Shown in pieces: positions 12,031 to 27,413 of a stretch of 64,000 nucleotides of DNA. The notes below the pieces were generated by a model. It searched no databases. It was not told the origin of the DNA and worked only from the letters and a program-made list of their open reading frames with translations. The stretch is from Paraspadella gotoi (taxonomy: Eukaryota > Animalia > Chaetognatha): assembly GCA_051294375.1 (NCBI GenBank), contig CM119265.1:21390278-21454277 (forward strand), given 5' to 3'. Every line of letters begins with the position of its first letter. Positions within the stretch are counted from its first letter, which is position 1. The translations under genes were made by a program, and so were the position numbers.

Positions 12031-13828
12031 AATCAGACTGACAGAGACAGAATCGGACGAAGAGGGACGACAGGAAGAAAACAAATTTTGGTCACGTTTC
12101 AGAGATTCATAAAGAACGAAAAGAAAGAGGAAAACTGACAAGGAAAGCCTGACGGAAGAGACAACATGAAAATAATTGGCGCAATAATCCGCGGACAACC
12201 CGTTCCAAAAGAGGAGTGAGGACTCGTCCTTGACAAGTTGATTCTGAAATATCTCTTCTTAAGCTTTTTTTCGTAGCGAAATTAGTTAAATAACACTGCC
12301 TACTGCCTATTTTATTATTATTATAACATTGCGAGATTTTCTAGCTGGATACAATATCCTCTAATCACATCTAATTGATTATTTTTAAATGCCAACGGAA
12401 CCGCGAAAATACGCGCGATCTAGATGAAAGTCTCAAGGTCATTGAAAAAATTAAAGAAGAAAAAGACGAGGCGACTTGGCGGTCTGGGACAGAAGCTAAT
12501 CGAGATGCGTGACCAAGTGCGGGGGCGGATTTTGATTCGAGGCGTCAAGAGCCTTGACGAGGCTAAACTTGATCCTCGACCATCAAATAAAACTCATTTA
12601 GCGGGATGGTCGTTGTTATTGCTGGATTAGAAAACAGACGTATTTGGGAAAATAAAAGATTCAAATATTTAATGATTTCACCAATATTTGAAATAGAGAC
12701 TAATTTTGTATTTAATTTACGTTTTGGAGGTGTATTTTTTTTGTATAAAGGGGATCCGCAGTTAAATAGAGTTTTAGAGAAATGACTCCGGAAGGATTAA
12801 TGTCTAATAATCGCTCAGAAGTGATTCGGTATTTGCATACCAGATGAAAGATAATAATTAATTATTAATTCTACTTACTTTCACCAAAATTAGTTGTTCT
12901 TGGTTTTTTTTAATGTAATACTATATAATATTGGAAAAATAATGAAATCAATGGAACACTCAAACCAAAGATCACAAAAATTTACCGAAACACATTCATA
13001 ACTTTGTTTCCGAATGTGGGGAAGTCACCGACTTTGAGAACGAGTCACTATCCGTCCCTTAGTAGATCTTTTTTTTTCTTCCAGGTCCCCCTTTCCCCAA
13101 GCTGTTTGTGTATCCCCGTTTTCAGAGCAAAACAGTCGTTGTCACGGCAACGGCGTCATCGCGAGCGTTTGCGTTCTTCGCGCTGCATTAACGACCTTCT
13201 TCCCTCGTGTCCTTTGGGAGTTTTCCGTCGCCATAATGACGAGACGGTTTCGTCTTGGCTCGGGCCCTTTCGTCTTGGCGTGGTGACTAAATGTTTTGGA
13301 GATCGCGGCCAAGAGGGTTTACAATGGGCGACCTCGCTTTTTCCTCTAAATAAATTTATTGTCGTTCCTGGAAATGATAATCCTAGCTCGGTTTATACCT
13401 TTATCGTTTGGCACAACGGCAACAATTAATTTGCCTACTTTTATATATTTACAATGTATTATATAAACTGCATAATACATATTTTTTTCCCGAAGCCTAA
13501 ACCTGCGTTTGTGGCATCGATTTTTTTCTCAGTCGGTTTGCGCGTGCCCTGATCCTCTCGAAGTTGGGACGGGACTCGAAAACCCTATTTTCGCGCGTAA
13601 ACGGCAAAAGTTTGTTCAAATATGTCATTTTGTGTATTCCATAAGAGCAAGGAAAATCAAATTTTTTGCTATTTTTTTATATACTATCCCGTATTTAGGT
13701 ATGTGTTTTTTTAACATATTACATAATATGCATATACGCTGTGAGCCTATGGATTAAAATTAGTACGTAATTACTCCATTTTTTTTTAAAGCTGTCTAAA
13801 TAAAGCTTTATAAAAATTAGTGTATAGA

Positions 13829-13838
13829 TAAATAAACA

Positions 13839-13922
<84 letters not shown>

Positions 13923-13964
13923 ATTTAAAAATTAAAAAAAATTAAAAAATAAATAAATAAATAA

Positions 13965-14048
<84 letters not shown>

Positions 14049-14107
14049 ATTTAAAAAAATAAAAAAATAAATAAATAAAAAAATAAATAAATAAAAAAAT
14101 AAATAAA
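13829..14107. repeat. (AAAT)n microsatellite
   Basis: Long interrupted tetranucleotide tract. Confidence 0.95.
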
Positions 14108-14699
14108 TGGTCGTTATGACACAACTTAATGGAGCGCATAAAGAAGACGTCTCCTCGGTTTATCGAACCGTAAACTGCCCCAATTCCCATCTCATAATTT
14201 CCATTCGGTTCCAGAGACCGAATTTTTTTTTTTCGTCGCGCGAGAAATTTTTTTTTTTCTCTATCGCGACGTCGACGCGTCGTTCGTCTTCGCCGCCACG
14301 CCCACAAACGCGCCAGCGAGGACGAGAGAAAATAGTCGACTTTCAAATTGACTTTCAAATCGTATATATTAAACTGAGAGCGCAGAAAAATACGATCCTT
14401 TCTATTTATTTTGCGCAACTATTTTGTTATTCAAAGTCGACTCTTTGATGGCAGAGTCAAAGATCTTCAATAGTAAATTGTCAAATCGTCCATCAAAGCT
14501 TTCAACCGGTAAATAACGACCGAACAAACTCTTTTTTTTTTTTTAAATCCAAATATTCATTTTCGTTTCCAAATCGGAATTTTTTTTTTTTTTTTTTCGT
14601 TAGCAAATTTTCCCGACGGTAGACGAAATGGAAAGTCTGATTGGAATCCTTTCCCGTCGAGAGCTCAAACATTCTGTCCGCTTTTCATCTCGTTCTAAT

Positions 14700-15427
14700 T
14701 TTCTTTCCTCCCTTTCCTCTTTTTTCTCCCTTTCCTACCTTGCCTCTCTTTATTCCCTTTCTTCTTTTCCTCTTTCTTCCTTTTCTATATATCTTCCCTT
14801 GCCTCTATTTCCTCCCTTTCTTCTCTTTCTCCCTTTCCTCTCTTTTCTCACCTTCTTCTCTTTTCTTCTTTTCCTATCTTTCCTCCTTTCCTTCTTTTCT
14901 CCCTTTCCTACCTTGCCTCTCTTTATTCCCTTTCTTCTTTTCCCCTTTCTTCCTCTTTCTATATATCTTCCCTTGCCTCTATTTCCTCCTTTTCTTCTCT
15001 TTTCTCCCTTTCCTCTCTTTTCTCACCTTCTTCTCTTTCCTCCCTTTCCTATCTTTCCTCCCTTTCCTCTTTTTTCTCCCTTTTCTCCTTGCCTCTCTTT
15101 ATTCCCTTTCTTCTTTTCCCCTTTCTTCCCTTTTCTATATATCTTCCCTTGCCTCTATTTCCTCCCTTTCTTCTCTTTCTCCCTTTCCTCTCTTTTCTCA
15201 CCTTCTTCTCTTTTCTTCTTTTCCTATCTTTCCTCCCTTTCCTCTCTTTTCTCCCTTTCCTACCTTGCCTCTCTTTATTCCCTTTCTTCTTTTCCCCTTT
15301 CTTCCCTTTTCTCTATTTCTTCCCTTGCCTCTATTTCCTCCTTTTCTTCTCTTTTCTCCCTTTTCTCTCTTTTCTCACCTTCTTCTCTTTTTTTCTTTTC
15401 CTCTCTTTCCTCTCTTTCCTATCTTTC
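14700..15427. repeat. Pyrimidine-rich tandem repeat, ~175-bp unit x ~4
   Basis: CCTACCTTGCCTCTCTTTATTCCC recurs at 14734, 14907, ~15084 and 15259. Confidence 0.9.
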
Positions 15428-18400
15428 CGAGAATTTTAAATTTTTATTCTGATCTAACTCTTTTCGCTTTTCCTACGAAGTGAGTGAGCAAAATATCTAT
15501 TTTTCTTGATTGTCTCGATTTTGCTCACATCTGTTTTTAGTCTACCACATTTCGGCTTGCCCTTGTCCGGCAAGAAATGAGATGCTACCACATTCTTATC
15601 TAAAAATCTCTTCACGAGAAAAAAAAATTGTTTCATTCATCTCATTCAGAATATGATACCATAACGACGATTCCAGACATTAGACTTTCTATGGCTTCAT
15701 AATTTTTGAATTCTCGTTCCCACGTTTCTCTGTCAGAGATCAACCATTCCATTCCTCTTTTCTTCAGACTCCTTTTTCTTTTTCTTTTTTTTTTTTTGGC
15801 AAGAGATCCGACTTTTTCTTCGCCCTTCGTCTCGTCTTCTTCGTCCTTCATCCGTGAGACATCACAAAAAATGCCCATTGCCCGTAGCTCGCGCGTCTCA
15901 TACAATTAAATATATATCGCTCATCTCTGCATTTTTTTTCTCTCTTACACATTTCACCGACATACAAAATTAATATGTTCTGAAAAACTTAAAAAGCGTT
16001 ATAAATATTTTATTTCAACTGTAGCATTTTCCCTTTTTCCGAATTTAATAATTTATCTTTTTTTACGTCTTCACTAGATTAATATATATATATATATTTT
16101 ATTTTTCATTGACACGGTTTTTCCCCATCCTTCACTCTCATCAACCTTCTCATTCCCTCAGCAGTTAAAAACCATTCCACCATGATTATTCATTTTCTCC
16201 TCTACTGCATTCAATATTTCCTCCTCTTTTTTTTCCTCCCTCAGCGCCATCCCTATTCGGCCTCTTCCTCTTCCTCCTCCTCCTCCTCCCTTCTCCCCCT
16301 CCCCACTTTGGCGCATCCCGATTGACTCGTCCCAGTCTTTCTCTCTCCTTTTGCCTGGTGAGTTTTTTCTCTACTTTTTTATTCTTTTTTTTTCTTTTCA
16401 ATGAAAATAATGACGTTGCCTTTGGTTCCCATCGTCCGAACGCTCGTTCGCTCATCTTTTTTCGGTTTTTATGTCCTCGGAATGTTCTCGGATGGTTCAT
16501 GGCATTTTTTTTTCGTCCTTTATTCGATATTGCCGTCTTTGTCCTTAATTTGTCCGCGTTCCTTTTTTTTCATGGTTAACCAAATTTATAAATATTTATA
16601 AAAACAAAACAAAAAAGTAACATTTGAAAGGCAAAAAGCTCCTTTTGCTTTTCAAATGATACTTTTTTGTTTCCTTAATTAGTTTCAAGAAATAATTTAT
16701 TCCCTCGTTCAAATGTTCTTTTAATTTCTTAGGATTTCAATCCAATTTTTAATAAAAGTTTTATGATCCAATTTTTAAAAAAACCATTAAAAAAGTCTTT
16801 CATCCTTCCTTAACTTTTTGTTTTTCTCCGTTTTTTTATTAGCAATTTCTATTTATAGGCGCGAGACGGTTTTATTGCATCTTTCCTCCCTTCCTCTCCC
16901 ATTCGCCATTCTGCTCGCCTTTTTTTTTCATTGCGACTTTGTTTAGCTTGGTTTTCCTTCCAAGTTCTGGCAGGAAGTGAGAGCTGCTGACGCGGTTGGT
17001 ATCTTTAGCGGCTCCGTTGGCGCAACAGCGTCTGTTGGCGTAAACGAGCCCGATGACGTAAATGGGACCTCTGGCGCGGATGATGACGACGGCGCCGTGT
17101 TCCATCGGGCTTCGCCCACTCGCGAGCAAACGCTGCTTTTTCTGCTCTGATTAATTTTATCACCATCTTCGCCGCTTATTTGAAGCGTCTTTCGGTTTTA
17201 GGTTTTTGAGATGATCTAGAAAAAAAATGTTAACTACGTAATTTAAACACTACCACTAAATGTCAATAAATGACTTTGTACAATTTTAATTATAATGTGC
17301 CCTTCGATTAAAGAAACCTTTATGATTTTTTATATGAAATTGGTACAACCAATATAAAAATTATCCATTCATTTAATAAATAAGCTATCTTGCCCCTGAC
17401 TTTGGACAGGCTTTGGTGGTTTAAGGCCTCCATCACTCTTACAAGATAATTACATAGCAGGTCCCTGCAAGCTTTATATAACTTTTATAAGTTCATATAA
17501 TAAAATAGTGTGAACTATTCTATAACCAAATATCGAAAAGATTTGATTGCTTTTTAATGAGTTAGGACTAAAAATATAAGCGTTCAAGACTGAATAATTT
17601 TTTTGATTTTATCAGAATTCAAAATTCAAACCACAGCTGACTTTCACCTAACCTCGAGCCGTAAATGCGACCCATAACGATAACTAATGCACAAGATGAA
17701 TGTTTTTTCGATCTCCAGTTTCGAGTTGTAGTTCGTAACCAGAGGATAAACTTTGCCTTCCTTATTTCGAAGCCAACCAGCGGATAACTTTCCCCCCCCC
17801 CTCAACCCTTCGCTCTCGGCGAATCCGACGGTTTTATATTTATTCGCCGACATTTTTTTGTGTGTGTGTTTTGTTGACTCCCTCTCTCGCTCTCGCAGTT
17901 ATTTACGCTCATCTGGCTCCATTTGTGACTATTCATTCACCAAATAACTTTCCTTACCAAGTTATTTCCACATCCATCCACGCCTTCCTCTAACCATTTC
18001 CCCCCCCCCCCACTACCCCCCAAACGGCCATTTTCGGATCACAGCTTCATCACATCAGTCGATTCGTCACACTCTTTCTCGGCTCACGGCTGAAACTCTT
18101 TCGACTGAGCCGAGCTTAAATTCACAAAAATCCGTCGCATTTTTCATCTCGGGCGTTGGCTTCGACACTGGATTATCGGACGTCGGACGACTACATCGTT
18201 AGTATTTTAATTCATATGTTTCATAAGATTATTAATAACTAACGACTTCTATGAAAAAGTTGCGTTCGTGACCACTTGAGTACACACTACACAATGTCGT
18301 TTCATTAGAATCATGTTATCGACGTGGTCATTTTCTGAGTGGGTCATTAAGCGATCGCCGAATCGTTACGACTTTATGGTCCTAATCTTCGTACATATTT

Positions 18401-18958
18401 CCGAGTCGAAAACTGCCCAGAGATAGAGATTTTTCCTTTTTCCCGACCGATATTCTTCTTCATTAGGATTCATCCTTTTCCCTGCAGTCTCTCTCTCTCT
18501 CTCTCAGCTCCGTCTCTTGTCTCCAGGTTTTTCTCGTCTCTGGAGCACATCGGCGGGCCGATTAATCTTTATGAAAAGATGACGAAGCGAGGAGCGCTCT
18601 CTTTTTTCCCAGAATTTATTTCCATTACTCAATAATTGTGTCAATTTCACAAACATTAACATTTAAAGACTTGTTTTTCATCTACAATTGTTGGTTAGTT
18701 GGTTGGTTTCGTTCGATAATCATAAAGACTAAACTGCCGTTTTGCTTTCCTTGTCGCGCCCAGCCGGTAATGAATCTGTTACGTTGTATGTATTAAGAAA
18801 AACGAACCATTATTGGACGCTAACGACCAAAAATCATCCTTACCGTCATCTCATTTCCATTTCGTCCCTCTGACGGTCGTCGACGCTTCCACTGTTTGTT
18901 TTTGTTCTCGATCAAAATTCACCCATTTCCGCTTTCGTTCACAGCGTAACAGACCATC

Positions 18959-21879
<2,921 letters not shown>

Positions 21880-22483
21880 TTACTATAGTAGTATTTACTA
21901 TTTACTAATTCGCTGATTTTGATTTTATACAAATAACTAATCCAATTACTGTGCACCAAATTCATTATTCAATCAATTAAACCTAACGAAATCACCGATA
22001 TGCCAATATAAAAACAAATCCAATGCTTGAATAACATGTAAATGTAGCTAATGGACAAAAACTGCTCGTCTTTACAGTCAGAAAGGGTAGCCGCACGAAC
22101 GAGTGGGCAAAGGGCTCGAGACGCGAGGAGTTCCAGTTTGGTGACATGAATCTTTATCACGGACTATCCGACCATCGTTAACGGCACTGTGCACTAGTCA
22201 GATCTGGCGCAGGATTCTTGTTATTTTTTCTTTAGTTTTTACTCTTGCTATGACTGGTTCCCTTGGAGACATTTTTTTCACAAAATTGCATCGTGGCTAC
22301 AAAATTGAATCGAGCATTCATTATTAGAGCAATGACGTAAGAAAACAAGGGTGAAAATACAAAAAAAAAGACAAAGTTCATCATAATGATTTCCATCGCT
22401 CTTTTCGAGATGGAAAAGAATGAGTTTGATTTTAAAACTCAAACGAAGTTATATGATAGAGAATTCATTATCTAATATCTAAG

Positions 22484-24425
22484 CTAAGCGTTTATGTCAA
22501 GGTGAGCTAAAATTGCCCAATGATCGCTGCAATATCGCTGGCAGTTGCTTAGTCTCTTGATCCCCGCGAGCTCAAAATAGACCGGCTTCAAGGTCGCCGA
22601 TCTGTCGGGCGCTTGACGGAGGTAAAGGCGATCGAATCGACTTCGGCACTTAAATTTCACGTTCGGATTCATCTCCTTGGAGAAACAGAGGACAAAATCG
22701 TTGTGTATGTGAAAAGATCATGCGCCCTTCGGACAGGGGCCAGTGATAAACGAAAGATGACATGTACTTTGTTATCGTTTAACGCCATGTCCCACGTAAA
22801 GCGAGCCTCTTTGCGTTTTCCGCCTGCTTCCCAGAGATCGACGACGTGGGGCGGAAGTCCTCCTATTTTCTCCAACTCGGAGTCGCGAATGTTAAGGTCG
22901 CCCCCGAATATCACAAACCTGCTCGAAAAAATATGCACGTTGATCAATGCTCATTTGCGAAATTTAAAAAAAGTTAAGTAAAACCTTTTTGGCTCGGGGG
23001 GTGACGACATATGTTGAAAACAAATTTTAAGCTGTCTCTGCCTTTCCGTCGAATAAGACTGAATAAACGTACACGTAAATCATATTAAATGTTAAGGTCT
23101 CGAACTCCAATTTTTATTTAAATTTTTTTTTATTTCAAACGTCAAAATTGAAAAATACTATAAATACCAGGATGAATTTCATAAAAGATTCAAATATTCT
23201 TTAAATGTACCATAAATTTCCGCCTACCTTCATGCTTTCGAGGTGCGACGTCATGAGCATTATGTCAACGCCCCGAAGACGGCATTTGACCATCAATAGA
23301 TGGCGACCCATTCTCGATTGACCGAAGGGTTCAATACAGTGGTCTTGATAAGTAGCTATCAAAGGATGAATGCGCGGCTTTAGTTAACAACTCGGTTCAA
23401 ATACGAAAAAAAGGATATAATATAATAAATAATAGCATAAAATGAAATGAGTTAACGGTTTGTAACCAGTAGTGTTTTTAAGCAGCACGACGACAAAGTA
23501 TCCTTCTCCACCGGCGGGAATGCACTTGAAGTTGACCAGCGTTGACTCGATGATTGAGTAGGAATCGGGCACCACTTCTTGAAGGAAAACGACGTCGGGA
23601 TCCTCGCGTTCGATCTCCATGCATACGCCTGAGACCAAAAGTTTGAAGTCGTCTAATAGTTGTCAAAGTTTTGAGCGAGGACGAGCGCTCACAGTTCTAC
23701 ACCTTTGGTACGCATGATTAGAGAACCGGTGTCTAAGCCGTCGACATTCCACGACAGAATTCTCATCCGACGAGGATTGCTCGAATCTGAAAACAAATCG
23801 GAAAATCAAGTTGAAATAAGTTTGAGCAAACAATGTCGGTAATTAATTATGTATTGGAAGAACTTTAAAGTGGTTTAAACATTTACTTGCGGAAGAATGC
23901 GAAGAGTTTTCACCTTGTTCTTTGCCAGTCCTAAAAAATCCATCAATCAATTATTCATTTAAATTTCAACTTTCATTCCACGTTTCCCGAACGGGAATTA
24001 AAACCAATTACTAAAATGGCAATAATTTTTGACAATTCGTCCAAACAACTCGTTTTCCTTGGCTCGCGAACCTGGAAGGTATGAGAGCGACGCTGTCAGA
24101 GTTTTCTCCCTCTCCGCTCACTACGACGAAGGAGGAATTGGAGGTCAAGGCGTTTTTCTCTTGATCCGCGAAGTATTTATTGACAGCCGGTTCCAAGCGC
24201 CACTTCACGTCTGTTCGGCCCGATATTAAAATGAATCGCCACGGAAACGTCGCTCGATCGTCAAGTAAAGGTTGAACCTTGCAGATAGAACATGGCGAGG
24301 GCGGTGTCGGTTCCGGTGATGTCAGCGAACTGTTCACTTGCCTCTTGACATTCTTGCGGGGACGGGATTGACTCGTCTTCGTCGTCCTTTACAGGATCGG
24401 CGGTTCCCGTTTTTTCTCCGCTCAT
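22484..24425 (-). CDS. TDP2: Tyrosyl-DNA phosphodiesterase 2 (UBA-like + EEP domain), multi-exon
   Basis: N-terminal FADITGTDTALAMFYLQ..WRLEPAVNKYF (UBA-like), then EEP motifs ILSWNVDGLD, PDVVFLQEV, MTSHLES, FGGDLNIRD, FTWD, RFDRLYLR and SDHWAI in order across GT-AG exons. Confidence 0.95.
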
Positions 24426-25730
24426 GCCGAACCTGAGGAAAGGGAGCAAACGGTGAAGATTTATGGATATAGTTATTCATTTTGAAGAAAAACGATTCTT
24501 TGTTGCGAGATAAGACTTTTTAAAATTTACTATTAAATTATCTCGTACTATTCGGTATCGCATATGATTCCCTATACTATAGCTTTCAATTTTCGAAGCA
24601 AAATGAAAATCCTAACCACAGTAAAGCACAACGTTTATCTCAGACAAAAGAACATCTTACGATTCTACGTTTTTCGTCTATCTCATATTAACAATTACCG
24701 CTACTCTTTCAATCAGGACATGACTAATCTAGAAAATATGTTTATGAAAACGATTTTTGACAATAAGAAACTAATGAACGTTAAGGGAAAACTTACAATA
24801 GTTTCACTAAAAAACTCGGAAGCCAATTATTTCGAACCCTCTTGACTTGAACCTAGATATAATTTCTGTGAAACTGGAGCAATTTTGATTCGAAAACAGA
24901 AATAAATCGACCAGCACAACTTATGAACTATCGAATTTGTTTTGGTAAATCGACACGAATATTAATTGAAATAAATATTAGTAAATTAAAGTTCATTTTC
25001 CAGGACTTCGCTAATGCTACTAGAAAAATTCATTATCTAGTGTAAATTCAATAGTTATAATCTATACAAACTATGAATAAGAATCAAAAGGAATAATCAG
25101 AGGCACTGAATTCTAACAGAGCCACGGCTATATAAATTTCTGAGCAATAACAGCTGCAACAAGAAGCAATAATTTGAACCACGATCATGATAATATAAAT
25201 CAGACAGGATTGACGATAGTAATCAAGGAGAACAGAGAAATATCTAATTTGAATTTTTCCCGCATCATGCATTAACAATAAACATGAAAAACATCTTAGT
25301 TAAAAATTCTGGGACTAAAATAATCTAGTGGTATAAAAAATACAACCAGGATCATCTTGCTGAGCGGCAAAAACGATCCAGCGATGAAGTATAAAACTGG
25401 AATTTTTAGGATGAGAGACTATTTTATAAATTTACATTCTCGTAGTCCAAAAATAACATTAGAAAAGATGCTATAAAAAGAAAAGTTTGGTAATATAGAC
25501 AATGATAATGAGTTTGTTACACGAATTCACCGTTCTCGTCACTGAGAAAAGAAATGAAAAATATTTGAAAAATCAACGAATCGCAGCGCAAAAAACTATG
25601 AAATTTGCAGAAATATTTGTCTTTTTTTAACTTATGCGCTGAGAAAAAGAACTACAGATTTCAAAATTTGTAATTTGAAGTATTAGCACGATCTCCCTTC
25701 AATTATATTCCAAGCATAAAGAGGCAATTT

Positions 25731-26888
25731 CTATAACCGTTCCTCCTGGAACCGCCTTCCGTCCGCCGCGGCGACGGAATATTGTTCGCCCGATTTTTTA
25801 TCCTTCCATCTGATCTTCAGAATCTCGAAGACGGCCAGAAGAACGCAAACGATTTCGTAGATGATGAAAACGGAAAAGATTCCCAACAGCTTCCCCTTGT
25901 TGGCGCTTAGAAGTTCGGAAATTCTCTGATAACATCCCACCTTCATCCAGGTGTTCTCCTCCGAGGGCTCGAAGAGGCAGCGCTTGTTCTGGGCGGTGAA
26001 CTTCTGGTAATCCTCGCTGATGTCCATCTTGCAACAGGTGGCCGGGTAAGTGAACTCAAATCCGATCTCCATCAGTTTATTCTGCTTCCAGAATCCGTTG
26101 GTCCGAACGACGAAGTCGCTGCCGTTGTTGACCCCGCAGCACTTGAGCACCATGTTGAGTGCGTCGAAGGCGAAGGAGTAAGCGTTGCGGTGCTCGCCCG
26201 TAGGGTTGGCGCCGATATATTTTTCATCGAGGGTGTCGGTCATCCAGGAGCGGACCTTCTCTCCGTAGTACGGAGCATGATCTACGAAGGAGCAGACGGG
26301 AATGAGTTGGCAGAGGAGAAAGACGATCATCATCATGATGTAGACGATAAGGCAGAAGGGTTCCCGGGCGCACTCGGCCACGATGCCGAAAAGCGCTATC
26401 CCGAAAAAAGTGGCGCCGACGCCGAGGAGGCATTCGAAGGTGGTTTCCAGGAGCACCACCATCTCACTATCGTCGCGCTCCACCTCGAAAAATTCGGCCG
26501 TCTGGCTGCGGATCCAAACGGCGGCGCCGGTGAGGCAGCCACCGAATATGAGAAGAACGACGTTGAAAATGAAGAAAAGATAGCGAGTGCTGCGTTTGCA
26601 GCACTTTTTTGCCTTCTTCTTCATGTCGCGCCGTTCCTCGGGGGTACGTTGACGCCAGGGTTGACTAAGGAACCGGCGATTGGAGGGCGGAGGATCCGGG
26701 TCGGAAGGCGATGGCGCCGTCGGCGGGAGAAACTCGGCTCTAGAAGCGTAGCCTTCCTCCAATCGGCGTTTCTCCTCCCGGCCGTCGATTGTGCGGCGAG
26801 GATCGTCGTCAGGGTCGCGTTCGCGGCCGCGCCGACTCGGGCCGTCACCGCCCAGCCTCAATTTTCGCAATAAATTGTCCCAATTCAT
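25731..26888 (-). CDS. Tetraspanin, single-exon CDS, ~100-aa N-terminal cytoplasmic extension
   Basis: 385-aa ORF with four hydrophobic segments; large loop with CCG, PATCC and GC motifs; juxtamembrane CCK. Confidence 0.93.
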   Translation of the reverse strand: MNWDNLLRKLRLGGDGPSRRGRERDPDDDPRRTIDGREEKRRLEEGYASRAEFLPPTAPSPSDPDPPPSNRRFLSQPWRQRTPEERRDMKKKAKKCCKRSTRYLFFIFNVVLLIFGGCLTGAAVWIRSQTAEFFEVERDDSEMVVLLETTFECLLGVGATFFGIALFGIVAECAREPFCLIVYIMMMIVFLLCQLIPVCSFVDHAPYYGEKVRSWMTDTLDEKYIGANPTGEHRNAYSFAFDALNMVLKCCGVNNGSDFVVRTNGFWKQNKLMEIGFEFTYPATCCKMDISEDYQKFTAQNKRCLFEPSEENTWMKVGCYQRISELLSANKGKLLGIFSVFIIYEIVCVLLAVFEILKIRWKDKKSGEQYSVAAADGRRFQEERL

Positions 26889-27413
26889 TGCGACAGTCTT
26901 GCTTTTTTTTTATTCTGATCGTTTTTGGTCTGAGAACAGCGAAGCAGATAATCCGAGCCCAAGGAAGACTTAGGATGGTTTACTTGGGAATTCTCGTTGA
27001 TGGAAAGTGACCATCTTGGTATATACAATATCTAAAAAAAAAATTAAAAAAATATGTATAACGAAGGTAAAATTAATAGTTTTTCTCAACTTACAAAAAG
27101 CACTTTACACATAAAATACTACATGCGATTTCTTTTCTAAAGATTGAGGTTTCTGAAAAAGCAATATTTCAGATAGCATAAAGAAAATTAATATGGCAGT
27201 AAAAACAATTTATTTTAAAGTAAAATAACAAATATAAAGTGGAAAGAGATTTGTTTTAATAAAGTTTATTTTTACATTACTGTTCTATTTCTCCTAATCG
27301 TGACAGTTTGATCAGCTAAAAGTTCGATCAGTATCCGCTTTTATTTTTGAGTCGGATCTTCTTATCAGCATTTCCCGACTCTATAATCCACTTTGTCGGA
27401 CCGTCGGTCCGAA

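Noticed and set aside
13138-13151. RFX X-box-like GTTGTCACGGCAAC
   Set aside because: Single 12/14 match with no linked gene; could be chance.
14628-15483. Long overlapping Phe/Leu/Ser/Pro ORFs (274 and 280 aa)
   Set aside because: Stop-free translation of a pyrimidine-rich 175-bp tandem repeat.
26190-26873. 227-aa plus-strand ORF (likewise 40093-40761 and 63164-63418)
   Set aside because: Antisense shadows of GC-rich real coding exons.
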